Source: an uncultured delta proteobacterium
GTDB lineage: Bacteria > Desulfobacterota > Desulfuromonadia > Desulfuromonadales > JACZKF01
DNA length: 64,000 nucleotides
Assembly: GCA_963816395.1 (NCBI GenBank)
Contig: CAWFKQ010000010.1
Span: 128,001 to 192,000 of the forward strand
Reading direction: 5' to 3'
The notes beneath the pieces are model-generated. The model was not told the DNA's origin. It saw nothing but the letters and a program-made list of their open reading frames with translations, and did no database searches. Positions 54,630 to 64,000 of this stretch are shown one piece after another (position 1 is the first letter of the stretch; every line of letters begins with the position of its first letter). Position numbers and translations under genes: made by a program.

Positions 54630-56191
54630 AACTGCTGACTGCCGAAGAGATGCGTGAACTCGACCGGCGCACTATCGAGGAGGTTGGCATCCCCGGAGTG
54701 GTGCTGATGGAGAATGCCGGCCGCGGTGCCGCCGACCTGCTGCTGTCCCGCTTTGCCCATCTGGCCCCGGGGCCGGTGCTGGTTCTGGCCGGCAAGGGCA
54801 ACAACGGCGGCGACGGATTCGTCATTGCCCGCTGGCTGCGGCAGGCCGGCTGGCAGGTGCGGACGGTGGTGCTGGCAGAATCCCAGGATGTCGCCGGCGA
54901 TGCCGCCGTTCACCTGCAGGCCCTGCGCCGCAGCGGCGGCGAGGTGATTTTCGCTGCGGACGACACCGGCCTGACCACCGCTCTGGCCGAGCAGGCCGGT
55001 AGCCGACTGGTGGTTGATGCGCTGCTCGGTACCGGGCTCTCCTCGGAAGTGCGCGGACTCTTTGCCAGGGCTATCGACTGGATCAACGCCGCCGGTCGGC
55101 CGGTTCTGGCGGTAGATATCCCTTCCGGGATCGATCCCGGCACCGGCGCCGTCCTCGGCCGGGCAGTGCGGGCCGATCTGACCGTCACCTTCGGTGGCGC
55201 CAAGGTGGGGCAGGCGGTGTATCCCGGAGCGGAGTACGCCGGCGAACTGGCGGTGGTCGACATCGGCATCCCCGCCGATCTCGAGCCAAGCGCCGGGGAC
55301 CGACACCGGCTGGTCGATGCCGCCGAAGCGGGTGCTCTGCTGGCGCCGCGCCCGGCCGCCGGCCACAAGGGGACCTTCGGTCACCTGCTGGTGATCGCCG
55401 GTTCGATGGGTAAATCGGGCGCGGCGGCGATGGCTGCTGCAGGGGGGCTGCGTGCCGGTGCCGGCCTGGTGACAGTGGCCTGCCCGGCGCCGGTCCAGGA
55501 AGTGCTGGCTTTCAAGGTGACAGAGGCCATGACCATCCCGCTGCCGGCGAGCGAAGGCGCCCTGGGGCTGCCGGCCCTCGAGCCGATCAAATTGGTGTGG
55601 GCGGGGAAAAAGGCGGTGGCCCTTGGCCCCGGATTGGGACAGGCTGAGGAAACCTTTGCCCTGGTCCGCCGGTTGGTGAGCGCCTGCCCGCTGCCCCTGG
55701 TCCTCGATGCCGATGGCCTGAATGCTATCGCCGATTGCCCGCAGATCCTCCTGGAGCGCACGGCACCGGCCATTCTTACACCGCACCCAGGTGAGATGGC
55801 CCGCCTGACCGGCACCAGCATTGCCGCCATCGAAGCCGACCGCATTGGCGCGGCGCGGCAATTCGCCGGCCGCTACCGGGTGGTGCTGGTCCTTAAGGGG
55901 GCCCGTACGGTGATTGCTTTCCCGGATGGCCGGGTGCGGATCAACGGTAGCGGAAATCCCGGGATGGCCAGCGGCGGCATGGGCGATGTGCTTACCGGCA
56001 TCCTCGGCGGTCTGCTGGCGCAGGGGCTGGAGGCGACCGCCGTCGCTGTTCTCGGCGTCTACCTGCACGGAATGGCCGCCGACCGACTGCTGCCGGCCAT
56101 GGGTGATGCCGGGATGATCGCCACGGATCTGCTGCGAGGATTGCCTGCCGCCCGGCACCACCTGCTCAACCAAGGAGTGAAAAGATGCTGA
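54626..56191 (+). CDS. nnr: Bifunctional NAD(P)H-hydrate epimerase/dehydratase (NnrE-NnrD)
   Basis: LMENAG, GKGNNGGDG, VDIPSG, HKGTFG, LTPHPGEM, GGMGDVL. Confidence 0.95.
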   Translation: MKLLTAEEMRELDRRTIEEVGIPGVVLMENAGRGAADLLLSRFAHLAPGPVLVLAGKGNNGGDGFVIARWLRQAGWQVRTVVLAESQDVAGDAAVHLQALRRSGGEVIFAADDTGLTTALAEQAGSRLVVDALLGTGLSSEVRGLFARAIDWINAAGRPVLAVDIPSGIDPGTGAVLGRAVRADLTVTFGGAKVGQAVYPGAEYAGELAVVDIGIPADLEPSAGDRHRLVDAAEAGALLAPRPAAGHKGTFGHLLVIAGSMGKSGAAAMAAAGGLRAGAGLVTVACPAPVQEVLAFKVTEAMTIPLPASEGALGLPALEPIKLVWAGKKAVALGPGLGQAEETFALVRRLVSACPLPLVLDADGLNAIADCPQILLERTAPAILTPHPGEMARLTGTSIAAIEADRIGAARQFAGRYRVVLVLKGARTVIAFPDGRVRINGSGNPGMASGGMGDVLTGILGGLLAQGLEATAVAVLGVYLHGMAADRLLPAMGDAGMIATDLLRGLPAARHHLLNQGVKRC

Positions 56192-56634
56192 AGGCCAAGG
56201 ATATCATGTCCACCCGAGTGCATTCGGTAACCGCTGATACCCAGATCAACGAACTGGCGCGCCGCTTTGTCGAGACTGGCGTCAGCGCCATGCCGGTGAT
56301 TGATGCAGAGGGCCATCTGGAGGGGATCGTCACCGAGACCGATCTGGTGGAGCAGGATAAACCGCTGCATATCCCCACCGTCATCTCGCTCTTCGACTGG
56401 GTGCTTTATGTCGAAAGCGAGAAAGAGTTCCGCGAGGAAGTCAAGAAGATAACCGCCCGCACGGTGCAGGAGATCTGCACCCGCGACGTGGTCTCCTGTA
56501 CTCCGGAGACCCCGATAAGCGAAATCGCCGCCCTTATGGTGGAGCACAAGGCCCATCTCATTCCGGTGGTCGAAGATGGCCGGGTAGTCGGCGTGGTGGC
56601 CAGGCTCGACGTTATACGGTCCATGGGGATCTAG
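56185..56634 (+). CDS. Stand-alone tandem CBS-domain protein
   Basis: AKDIMS..V, SAMPVID..GIVTETDL, IPVVEDGRVVGVVARLDV. Confidence 0.92.
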   Translation: MLKAKDIMSTRVHSVTADTQINELARRFVETGVSAMPVIDAEGHLEGIVTETDLVEQDKPLHIPTVISLFDWVLYVESEKEFREEVKKITARTVQEICTRDVVSCTPETPISEIAALMVEHKAHLIPVVEDGRVVGVVARLDVIRSMGI

Positions 56635-56637
56635 TCT

Positions 56638-57126
56638 TTGCAATGGACCGTCGAAACCGCTTCCTCCGCCGAGACGCTGGCTCTCGGTCGCCTTCTCGGC
56701 CAACTGCTGGAGCCGCCGGCGATTTTTCTGCTCAGTGGTGATCTGGGGGCGGGGAAGACCTGCCTGGTACAGGGGCTCGCCCGTGGCCTCGGAGTGCCGG
56801 AAGAGGAGCCGGTAACCAGTCCTTCCTATACCCTGCTGAATATCTATTCCGGCCGCTGCCAACTCTACCACTTTGATCTCTACCGTCTCGCCCAAGCCGA
56901 AGATCTGCTAGACTTGGGGTTTGAGGATTATCTGGATGCCGATGGCGTTACGGTGGTGGAGTGGGCGGACCGGATTCCCGACCTGCCGGCCGGCGGCCTT
57001 CACCTGCACCTGCGTCATAGCGGCGAAGAATGCCGCCGGTTGACCTTCACGACCGTTGAGGATCGGTATAGGAGGCTGTTGGCGGCATTACAGCGGCACT
57101 GGCAGGAAAGGGGGAGAGAAAAATGA
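56638..57126 (+). CDS. tsaE: tRNA t6A biosynthesis ATPase TsaE
   Basis: GDLGAGKT, VTSPSYTL, HFDLYRL, VVEW. Confidence 0.96.
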   Translation: MQWTVETASSAETLALGRLLGQLLEPPAIFLLSGDLGAGKTCLVQGLARGLGVPEEEPVTSPSYTLLNIYSGRCQLYHFDLYRLAQAEDLLDLGFEDYLDADGVTVVEWADRIPDLPAGGLHLHLRHSGEECRRLTFTTVEDRYRRLLAALQRHWQERGREK

Positions 57127-58538
57127 CCGAGTTCGATATCGCCGTTATCGGCGGCGGCGTCGGTGGTTACGTGGCTGCCATTCGTGCCGCCCAGGGCGGG
57201 GCCTGCGTCTGTCTGGTGGAGCGGGCGGAGGTCGGTGGCACCTGCCTGAACCGCGGCTGCATCCCGACCAAGGCGCTCTACAGCACCGCCCATCTGCTGC
57301 AGAGGCTCCGCCAGGCCGGGGCGCACGGCATCGAGGTGCCGGAATTGCGCTTTGATTATGCCCAGGCAGCCCGCCGCAAGGACGAGGTGGTGGCCAAACT
57401 GGTCGGCGGAGTGGAGCAACTGCTGAGGGGGAACGGGGTGGAAGTTTTCCGCGGCGAAGCTTCCCTGGAGGGCCCGGGACGGGTGCGCATCCACCGCCAG
57501 GACGTCACCGGCCATATCCGGGCGAAGAACATCATCCTCGCTACCGGGTCCCTGGCAGCCCGTCCCAAATCCCTGCCAATCGATGGGAAAATTGTTTTGA
57601 CCAGCAATGAAATTCTTGCTATTAAGGAGCTTCCGAAGAGCCTGCTGGTGATCGGCGGCGGCTATATCGGCTGCGAATTCGCCAGTATTTTCTCCGCCTT
57701 CGGCACCGAGGTGACGATCGTCGAACAGCTCCCCGTCATCCTGGCGCGCAGCGACCGGCAGGTGGTGCGGGAAGTGGAGAAGGCTCTCAAGGAACAAGGA
57801 GTGGTGATCCACACCGGTGCCTCGGTCGAAGCGCTGGAACCGGGCGACGGCGAGGTTGTCGTGCGCCTTTCAGGCGAACGCACCCTCCAGGTGGAGAAGG
57901 TGCTGGTTTCGGTCGGACGGGTGCCCAATGCCGCCGGCTTCGGTTTCGAAGAGGCCGGGGTGAAGCTGGAGCGCGGTGCGGTGGTCGTTGACGAGCGGAT
58001 GCGCACCTCGGTCGAGGGGGTATACGCCGTCGGCGACGTCACCAATATCATCCAGTTGGCCCATGTCGCCATGTACCAGGGGGAGATCGCTGCAACCAAC
58101 GCCCTCGGCGGCAATGCCCGCGCCGACTACCGGGTGGTTCCCAGCACCATTTTCACTCTGCCGGAGATCGGTCAGGTCGGCCTGAGCGAGGAGGAATGTA
58201 AGGAGCAGGGGCTGGCGGTAGATGTCGGCCGCTTCACCTATCAGGCCTCCGGCAAGGCGCTGTGTGATGGCGAGACGCGGGGTCTGGTCAAGGTCCTGGC
58301 CGCCAGGGATGACGGCCGCCTGCTCGGTGCCGCCATCGTCGGCGAGGAAGCCTCGGCCCTGATCGCCGAGGTGGCCGTCGGCATGCAGCAGCAGATGACC
58401 GCCGCCGCCCTCGGGTCCGTAATTCACTCCCACCCCACCCTGCCGGAAATGATCAGGGAGGCGGCTGAAGATAGCGAGGGGTTGGCGGTTCACAAGATTG
58501 GCCGGAAGCGGGGAAGCCGCACATCCGGCAGGGAATAG
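57123..58538 (+). CDS. lpdA: Dihydrolipoyl dehydrogenase (E3)
   Basis: [36 protein letters not shown]. Confidence 0.95.
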   Translation: MTEFDIAVIGGGVGGYVAAIRAAQGGACVCLVERAEVGGTCLNRGCIPTKALYSTAHLLQRLRQAGAHGIEVPELRFDYAQAARRKDEVVAKLVGGVEQLLRGNGVEVFRGEASLEGPGRVRIHRQDVTGHIRAKNIILATGSLAARPKSLPIDGKIVLTSNEILAIKELPKSLLVIGGGYIGCEFASIFSAFGTEVTIVEQLPVILARSDRQVVREVEKALKEQGVVIHTGASVEALEPGDGEVVVRLSGERTLQVEKVLVSVGRVPNAAGFGFEEAGVKLERGAVVVDERMRTSVEGVYAVGDVTNIIQLAHVAMYQGEIAATNALGGNARADYRVVPSTIFTLPEIGQVGLSEEECKEQGLAVDVGRFTYQASGKALCDGETRGLVKVLAARDDGRLLGAAIVGEEASALIAEVAVGMQQQMTAAALGSVIHSHPTLPEMIREAAEDSEGLAVHKIGRKRGSRTSGRE

Positions 58539-58591
58539 CCGGTCCGCAGTTACGCAGGCGCTTTTTCACTCCAAAGGAGGAATCAGCTATC

Positions 58592-59824
58592 ATGGCACTT
58601 GTTGTGCAGAAATACGGCGGAACGTCCGTCGGCACCATCGAGAGGATCCGCAATGTGGCCAGGCGGGTGGCCAAAACCTATGATGACGGTAACGACGTTG
58701 TAGTAATCGTTTCCGCCATGGCCGGCGAAACCAACAAGTTGGTGGCGCTGGCCAATGAAATGTGTGAATTTCCCAGCGAACGGGAATACGACGTGATGGT
58801 CGCCACCGGCGAGCAGGTGACCATCGGCCTGCTCGCCATGGCCCTCAATTCCATGGGGTACAAGGCCAAAAGCTATTGCGGCTTTCAACTCCCGATCATC
58901 ACCGACAGCGCCTCCTCCAAGGCCCGCATCGAGCACATCGAGGATAGCAAAGTCCGCGAGGATCTGAAGAACGGCACCATCGTGGTGGTCGCCGGTTTCC
59001 AGGGGATCGACCGGGAGGGGAATATTACCACTCTGGGCCGTGGGGGCTCCGATACTTCGGCGGTGGCGGTCGCGGCGGCGCTCAAGGCCGATGTTTGTGA
59101 GATCTTCACCGATGTCGACGGGGTTTATACCACCGATCCGCGCATCGTTCCTGAAGCCTCGAAGATGGAAAAGATTTCCTACGACGAAATGCTGGAGTTG
59201 GCCTCCCTCGGATCCAAGGTGCTGCAGATCCGTTCGGTGGAATTCGCGAAAAAATACGGCGTGGTGGTCCACGTCCGTTCAAGCTTCAACGATAATCCAG
59301 GCACGCTGGTGCGGAAGGAGGATGCCGATATGGAAACCGTTCTGGTTTCGGGAATAAGCTACAACAAGGATGAGTCCAAGGTTTCGGTGTTCCGGGTGCC
59401 CGACCGGCCGGGAATCGCTGCCAAGCTCTTTTCTCCCCTGTCGCAGGCCAATATCACCGTGGACATGATCATCCAGAACGTGTCGCACGAAGGGTTTACC
59501 GATCTCACCTTTACCGTCCCCAAAGGCGATTTCAAAAAGACCTTGAAAATCGTTCAGGAAACCGCCAATGAGATCGGCGCCAGCGGCGTCGCCAGCGACG
59601 AGAACATCGCCAAGGTTTCGATCGTTGGGGTCGGCATGCGCTCCCATTCGGGCGTCGCCAGCAAGATGTTCCAGGTTCTCTCCCAGGAGGGAATCAATAT
59701 CCAGATGATTTCCACCAGCGAAATTAAAGTCTCCTGCGTCATCGATGCCAAATATACCGAATTGGCAGTGCGGGTGCTCCACGAGGCTTTTAACCTGGGC
59801 AGGAAGGAAGCGGTGGCGGAATAA
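58592..59824 (+). CDS. lysC: Aspartate kinase
   Basis: [30 protein letters not shown], two ACT domains. Confidence 0.96.
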   Translation: MALVVQKYGGTSVGTIERIRNVARRVAKTYDDGNDVVVIVSAMAGETNKLVALANEMCEFPSEREYDVMVATGEQVTIGLLAMALNSMGYKAKSYCGFQLPIITDSASSKARIEHIEDSKVREDLKNGTIVVVAGFQGIDREGNITTLGRGGSDTSAVAVAAALKADVCEIFTDVDGVYTTDPRIVPEASKMEKISYDEMLELASLGSKVLQIRSVEFAKKYGVVVHVRSSFNDNPGTLVRKEDADMETVLVSGISYNKDESKVSVFRVPDRPGIAAKLFSPLSQANITVDMIIQNVSHEGFTDLTFTVPKGDFKKTLKIVQETANEIGASGVASDENIAKVSIVGVGMRSHSGVASKMFQVLSQEGINIQMISTSEIKVSCVIDAKYTELAVRVLHEAFNLGRKEAVAE

Positions 59825-59853
59825 ATCCTGCTGGGAAATCAAGATAAATACAG

Positions 59854-59888
59854 GTAGGGTTGGGGGCGGCCCGGCGGGTCGCCCCTGC
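59854..59888. repeat. Degenerate GTAG-family REP element
   Basis: GTAGGG stub plus an arm whose reverse complement is GCAGGGGCGACCCGCCGGGCCGCCC. Confidence 0.55.
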
Positions 59889-59910
59889 GATGAAGGGGAG
59901 TGCAAATGCA

Positions 59911-61488
59911 ATGGATCTGATCAAACTGTACGATACTACGCTGCGTGATGGCACCCAGGCGGAGGATATCTCCTTTCTGGTGACGGATAAGATCCGCATT
60001 GCCCAGCAATTGGACGAGTTGGGCATCCATTACATCGAGGGCGGATGGCCGGGAAGCAACCCCAAGGATATCGCTTTCTTCAAGGAAATTCAGAAGGTCA
60101 CCCTGAAACAGGCGAAGATCGCCGCATTCGGCTCCACTCGTCGGGCGAAAACCACCCCGGAGAAGGACAACAACATTCGCACCCTGATCCAGGCCGAGGC
60201 GGATGTCGTCACCATTTTCGGCAAAACCTGGGACTTCCATGTCCGCGAGGCGCTGCGCATCAGCCTGGAAGAGAACCTGGAACTGATCTACGACTCCCTC
60301 GCCTATCTCAAAAGTCACGTCGGCGAGGTGATCTACGATGCCGAGCACTTCTTCGACGGCTACAAGGCTGATCCCCAGTATGCCTTGAAGACCCTGCAGG
60401 CCGCGCAGCAGGCCGGTGTCGACTGCGTGGTGCTGTGCGACACCAACGGCGGAACCCTGCCGCACGAGCTGCCCGCCATCCTGGCGGCGGTCAAGCAGGT
60501 AGTAACTGTCCCACTCGGTATTCACACCCATAATGACGGCGAATGCGCGGTGGCCAATTCCCTGGTGGCGGTGGAGCAGGGGATCGTTCACGTCCAGGGA
60601 ACCATCAACGGTTTCGGCGAGCGCTGCGGCAACGCCAATCTGTGCTCGATTGTTCCCGCCCTGCGCCTGAAAATGGGCAAGGAGTGTATTGCCGATGGCA
60701 ACCTCAAACGGTTGCGGGCGCTTTCCCGGTTTGTCTATGAACTAGCCAACCTGGTGCCGAACAAACACCAGCCTTACGTCGGCAACTCCGCTTTCGCTCA
60801 TAAAGGAGGAGTTCATGTCTCGGCCATCCAGCGTCACCCGGAAACTTACGAACACATACGGCCGGAGAAGGTGGGAAATCTGACCCGGGTTTTGGTTTCC
60901 GATCTCTCCGGGCGCTCCAACGTCCTGGCCAAGGCCGAGGAATTCCACCTCAACCTGGACAGCAAGGATCCGGTGACCCTCGAAATCCTTGAGGAGATCA
61001 AGGAGATGGAGAATAAGGGCTACCAGTTCGAGGGCGCCGAAGCCTCCTTCGAGCTTCTTATGCGCAAGGCGATGGGAACCTTGCGCCACCACTTTTCCGT
61101 CATCGGCTTCCGGGTTATCGACACCAAGCGGCACGAGGAGGAGAAGCCCTCCTCCGAGGCGACGGTGCAAGTGAAGGTGGGGGGGAAGATCGAGCATACC
61201 GCCGCCGAAGGAAACGGCCCGGTGAATGCCCTCGACAATGCCCTGCGCAAGGCACTGGAGAATTTCTACCCGCAACTGCGGGAGATGCGCCTGCTCGATT
61301 ATAAGGTGCGAGTCCTGCCGGCAGGAAAAGGAACCGCCTCGGTGACCCGGGTACTGATCGAGTCGGGGGACAAGGGCGGACGCTGGGGGACGGTTGGAGT
61401 TTCCGACAATATCATCGATGCCTCCTACCATGCCCTGATCGATGCCTTTCAATTCAAGCTGCATAAGGATTTGGAGAAGAACGAGTGA
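59911..61488 (+). CDS. cimA: (R)-citramalate synthase
   Basis: [39 protein letters not shown], distinguishing it from LeuA. Confidence 0.92.
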   Translation: MDLIKLYDTTLRDGTQAEDISFLVTDKIRIAQQLDELGIHYIEGGWPGSNPKDIAFFKEIQKVTLKQAKIAAFGSTRRAKTTPEKDNNIRTLIQAEADVVTIFGKTWDFHVREALRISLEENLELIYDSLAYLKSHVGEVIYDAEHFFDGYKADPQYALKTLQAAQQAGVDCVVLCDTNGGTLPHELPAILAAVKQVVTVPLGIHTHNDGECAVANSLVAVEQGIVHVQGTINGFGERCGNANLCSIVPALRLKMGKECIADGNLKRLRALSRFVYELANLVPNKHQPYVGNSAFAHKGGVHVSAIQRHPETYEHIRPEKVGNLTRVLVSDLSGRSNVLAKAEEFHLNLDSKDPVTLEILEEIKEMENKGYQFEGAEASFELLMRKAMGTLRHHFSVIGFRVIDTKRHEEEKPSSEATVQVKVGGKIEHTAAEGNGPVNALDNALRKALENFYPQLREMRLLDYKVRVLPAGKGTASVTRVLIESGDKGGRWGTVGVSDNIIDASYHALIDAFQFKLHKDLEKNE

Positions 61489-62041
61489 GCAGATCTCGGG
61501 GACCGGCGCTTTTGTTGCCGTTCCTCTTCGCGGTTCTTCTCTTTCCCTATGGCCGGGCGGCCCTCCACCAGGAGGAAACCCCGGCCTTTTTTTCGGTCAG
61601 CGGAAGCTGGATCGGCTATGGCAAAAGCTTCCCCAACACCCGGAATCCATCAATTATCTGACGGTACCACCCTCCGCGACGTCATTGAAATGACGGTCAT
61701 GCACGGGAACCATCTGCTCCCTCCCCGCAGGCCTGCTCAATTCACCCCTGTCGTCCGGGACCCGCCTCGAACTTCTCCCCAGCAATCCAGATTGCTTTGA
61801 GATTCAGAGCAGTTGGCTTCCAGCCGGGCAGCGGGTGGCGCTCGGGGTGCCGCTGCATCCTGATCGCATGGCCCTGGAGGACTGGAAATTCCTCCCCGGG
61901 GTCGGGCCGGCTCTGGCCAAGGCTATTGAAATGGACCGTCAACAAAATGGCGATTTCGGCGCTCTCGAAAATCTGGAGCGCGTCCGCGGCATCGGTCCCA
62001 GCCGGATTGCGACCTGGAAGGAATTTTTTACTGACAGATAA
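61485..62041 (+). CDS. Membrane-anchored ComEA-like helix-hairpin-helix protein (two +1 frameshifts, ~61636 and ~61725)
   Basis: GTG overlaps the cimA stop; hydrophobic N-terminus; [37 protein letters not shown]...VRGIGP HhH motifs. Confidence 0.78.
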
Positions 62042-62113
62042 CTCATTGAAATAAAAGAAGAACCCCGCCTCTCTTAATATATGCCAAGGATTTTCCACCT
62101 TTCTTACGCGTTC

Positions 62114-62129
62114 TGGCACGGCTGGTGAA
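62114..62129 (+). promoter_or_regulatory. Putative sigma54 (-24/-12) promoter
   Basis: TGGCACG-GCTG-GTGAA: perfect -24 element, variant -12 (GA instead of GC); IHF-like site at 62039-62051. Confidence 0.5.
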
Positions 62130-62195
62130 ACGCCTTTGTAAAGAGCCTAGCCAAAAAGACGAATCAACCAAAATACGCGTTAAGGGGGAAAATTC

Positions 62196-62351
62196 ATGAA
62201 ATGTCCGAAGTGCAAAGGTAGAATGTATGCCGAGAAATATTACGATTTCGTCCGGGCCTTTGATGCCTGGAAGTGCTGCTCCTGTGGTGAAGTGATCGAT
62301 CCCACGATCCTCGCCAACCGGGCACGCAACCACAATCTATTTCTAGGCTGA
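62196..62351 (+). CDS. 51-aa double-CxxC (zinc-ribbon-like) microprotein, absent from the ORF track
   Basis: MKCPKCKGRMYAEKYYDFVRAFDAWKCCSCGEVIDPTILANRARNHNLFLG; AAGGGGG RBS; downstream hairpin. Confidence 0.8.
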   Translation: MKCPKCKGRMYAEKYYDFVRAFDAWKCCSCGEVIDPTILANRARNHNLFLG

Positions 62352-62383
62352 TCATCTTTAACGACAGGATATTTCGAAAACCC

Positions 62384-62415
62384 GCGGGCCGGGAGAGAGA
62401 GTCTCCCGGCCCTGC
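62384..62415 (+). terminator. Strong GC hairpin after the microprotein gene (possible terminator, weak U-tract)
   Basis: GGGCCGGGAGA-GAGAG-TCTCCCGGCCC. Confidence 0.5.
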
Positions 62416-62751
62416 CTATTTGTTCTCTCTCCACCCGCGACCGGCAATGGTCGTGACCCGCTTTTTCCCCCTCGTAAATGCGATAAGGATTGAAGATCTT
62501 CCTCCGTTTCTTTCCCCAATCAAGAGGCTCTTTTTCTTCCCGGAGCACGGTAGGCCGGCAGTGCCGGTTATTGGGGTTTTCGAAAATGTCGAGGTCTGTC
62601 CCGGCGGGGTAAGGAGCTTACAACCCGTCCCGATTGTCGGCCCAAGGGCAGTCGTCGGCCGGCTTGCCATCACCCGGGCGGATGCTAAACTAATGGAAAA
62701 ATTGGCTCCCCGGCAACTTTGTCAGGAATGATGCTTCCGGAAGGAATCCTC

Positions 62752-63744
62752 ATGGAAGAAAAGAAGGAGCGGGCGCTGCTGGAAGCCCGTGATCTGCTGG
62801 CCATGTTTCGCGACATGGTCCGTATTCGCGAGTTCGAAGAGTCCTGCCCAAAACTTTACAGCCAGGGGAAGATGGGGGGCTTTCTACACCTCTACAGCGG
62901 CCAGGAGGCGGTCGGGGTGGGGGTGGCGCATGCCATTCACCGGGACGACTACATGATTGCCGCCTACCGGGAACACGGCCTGATGCTCGCCAAGGGTGCA
63001 GATCCCAAGTCGGTGATGGCTGAATTGTTCGGGAAGGCGACCGGCTGCAGCAGGGGGAAGGGCGGCTCCATGCACATGTTTGACCCCGATATTCGCTTCA
63101 TGGGCGGATATGGAATCGTCGGCGGCCATCTCCCGCTGGCCGTGGGGGTCGGCTATTCGATCCTCTTCCGGGGGGGAGATGAAGTGGCGGTCTGCTTATT
63201 CGGCGACGGCGCTACCAACCAGGGAGTCTTTCACGAGGCGATGAACATGGGTGCCCTCTACCGGGTACCGGTCGTCTTTATCTGCGAGAACAACGGCTAT
63301 GGCATTGGCACCAGCGTAACCCGCGCCAGTGCCATGGAGGCGCTGTACAAGAAAAGTTGTGCCTACGAGACTCCAGGCCTGAAAGTCGATGGGATGGATG
63401 TGCTGGCGGTTTACGAGACGGTACGCAAAGCAGTTCAGCGTGCCCGCGAGGGGGAGGGGCCGACCTATATCGAGGCATTAACCTACCGGTTTCGCGGCCA
63501 TTCCATCTCCGATCCCGGCACCTACCGCAGCGAACAGGAAAAGAAGATCTGGCGCGAGCGCGATCCCATTCCTAATTTCGCACACTGGCTGGAGCAGGAG
63601 GGGTTTGCCGATCGCGAGGCGATCGCCCGTATCGACGCCGAGGAAAAGGAAGAAATCGCCGCGGCAACTCGCTTCGCCGAGGAGAGTCCCGACCCCGATC
63701 CGGAAGAATTGTGGACGGATGTCTATGTGGAAGATCAGGCCTAA
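62752..63744 (+). CDS. pdhA: Pyruvate dehydrogenase E1 alpha subunit
   Basis: GFLHLYSGQEA, GKGGSMH, FGDGATNQG, TYRFRGHS.SDP. Confidence 0.95.
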   Translation: MEEKKERALLEARDLLAMFRDMVRIREFEESCPKLYSQGKMGGFLHLYSGQEAVGVGVAHAIHRDDYMIAAYREHGLMLAKGADPKSVMAELFGKATGCSRGKGGSMHMFDPDIRFMGGYGIVGGHLPLAVGVGYSILFRGGDEVAVCLFGDGATNQGVFHEAMNMGALYRVPVVFICENNGYGIGTSVTRASAMEALYKKSCAYETPGLKVDGMDVLAVYETVRKAVQRAREGEGPTYIEALTYRFRGHSISDPGTYRSEQEKKIWRERDPIPNFAHWLEQEGFADREAIARIDAEEKEEIAAATRFAEESPDPDPEELWTDVYVEDQA

Positions 63745-63794
63745 GGCCGAAGGCGGAAACTAGCCTGGGTTGTTAGACATTTCAGGAGCCTTGC

Positions 63795-64000
63795 ATGGAA
63801 CTCACCTGCCGTGATGCCTTGAACCAGGCTTTGCACGAGGAGATGGCGCGGGACGAATCGGTATTTATCCTCGGCGAGGATGTTGGCCTCTATGAGGGCT
63901 CATTCAAGGTCACGAAAGGTTTGCTGGCCCGTTTCGGGGAGCGACGGGTGATCGATACCCCGATCTCCGAGGCAGCCATCGTCGGCATGGCCTGCGGAGC
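63795..64000 (+). CDS. pdhB: Pyruvate dehydrogenase E1 beta subunit, 3'-truncated by the window edge
   Basis: [40 protein letters not shown]...DTPISE; AGGAG RBS. Confidence 0.93.
   Translation, partial: MELTCRDALNQALHEEMARDESVFILGEDVGLYEGSFKVTKGLLARFGERRVIDTPISEAAIVGMACG

Overview
A core-genome window with every supported gene on the + strand. Gene order and protein sequences suggest a GC-rich Desulfuromonadales/Geobacterales-type bacterium (inferred, no database check). In order it contains: the 3' end of rpoB, rpoC, and a continuous str-S10-spc-alpha ribosomal supercluster (rpsL to rplQ). Next is a trp cluster with two trpB types, where a DEAD-box helicase, an SRPBCC protein and a uracil-DNA glycosylase sit between trpB and trpA. 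Then come an MBL-fold hydrolase, accD-folC-lptD, a comEA-like gene, ftsB-like, csp, argS-SPOR-epimerase and two tRNA-Met genes. A long block follows: tilS-ftsH-folP-cdaA-cdaR-glmM-pdxJ-acpS-nnr-CBS-tsaE-lpdA-lysC-cimA-comEA-like. The window ends with an unannotated 51-aa double-CxxC microprotein and pdhA-pdhB (partial). About 30 frameshifts, almost all one extra base, break genes including essential ones (fusA, tuf, rplV, rpoA, argS, tilS). These are best read as uncorrected sequencing errors, not pseudogenes. I found no mobile element, CRISPR array, prophage or defence island, and no convincing novel multi-gene system. The best leads are small: the sigma54/IHF-associated CxxC microprotein, a structured ~180-nt argS leader, a c-di-AMP synthase operon with a stand-alone CBS protein, degenerate GTAG-REP elements, and a four-Cys loop in EF-Tu.
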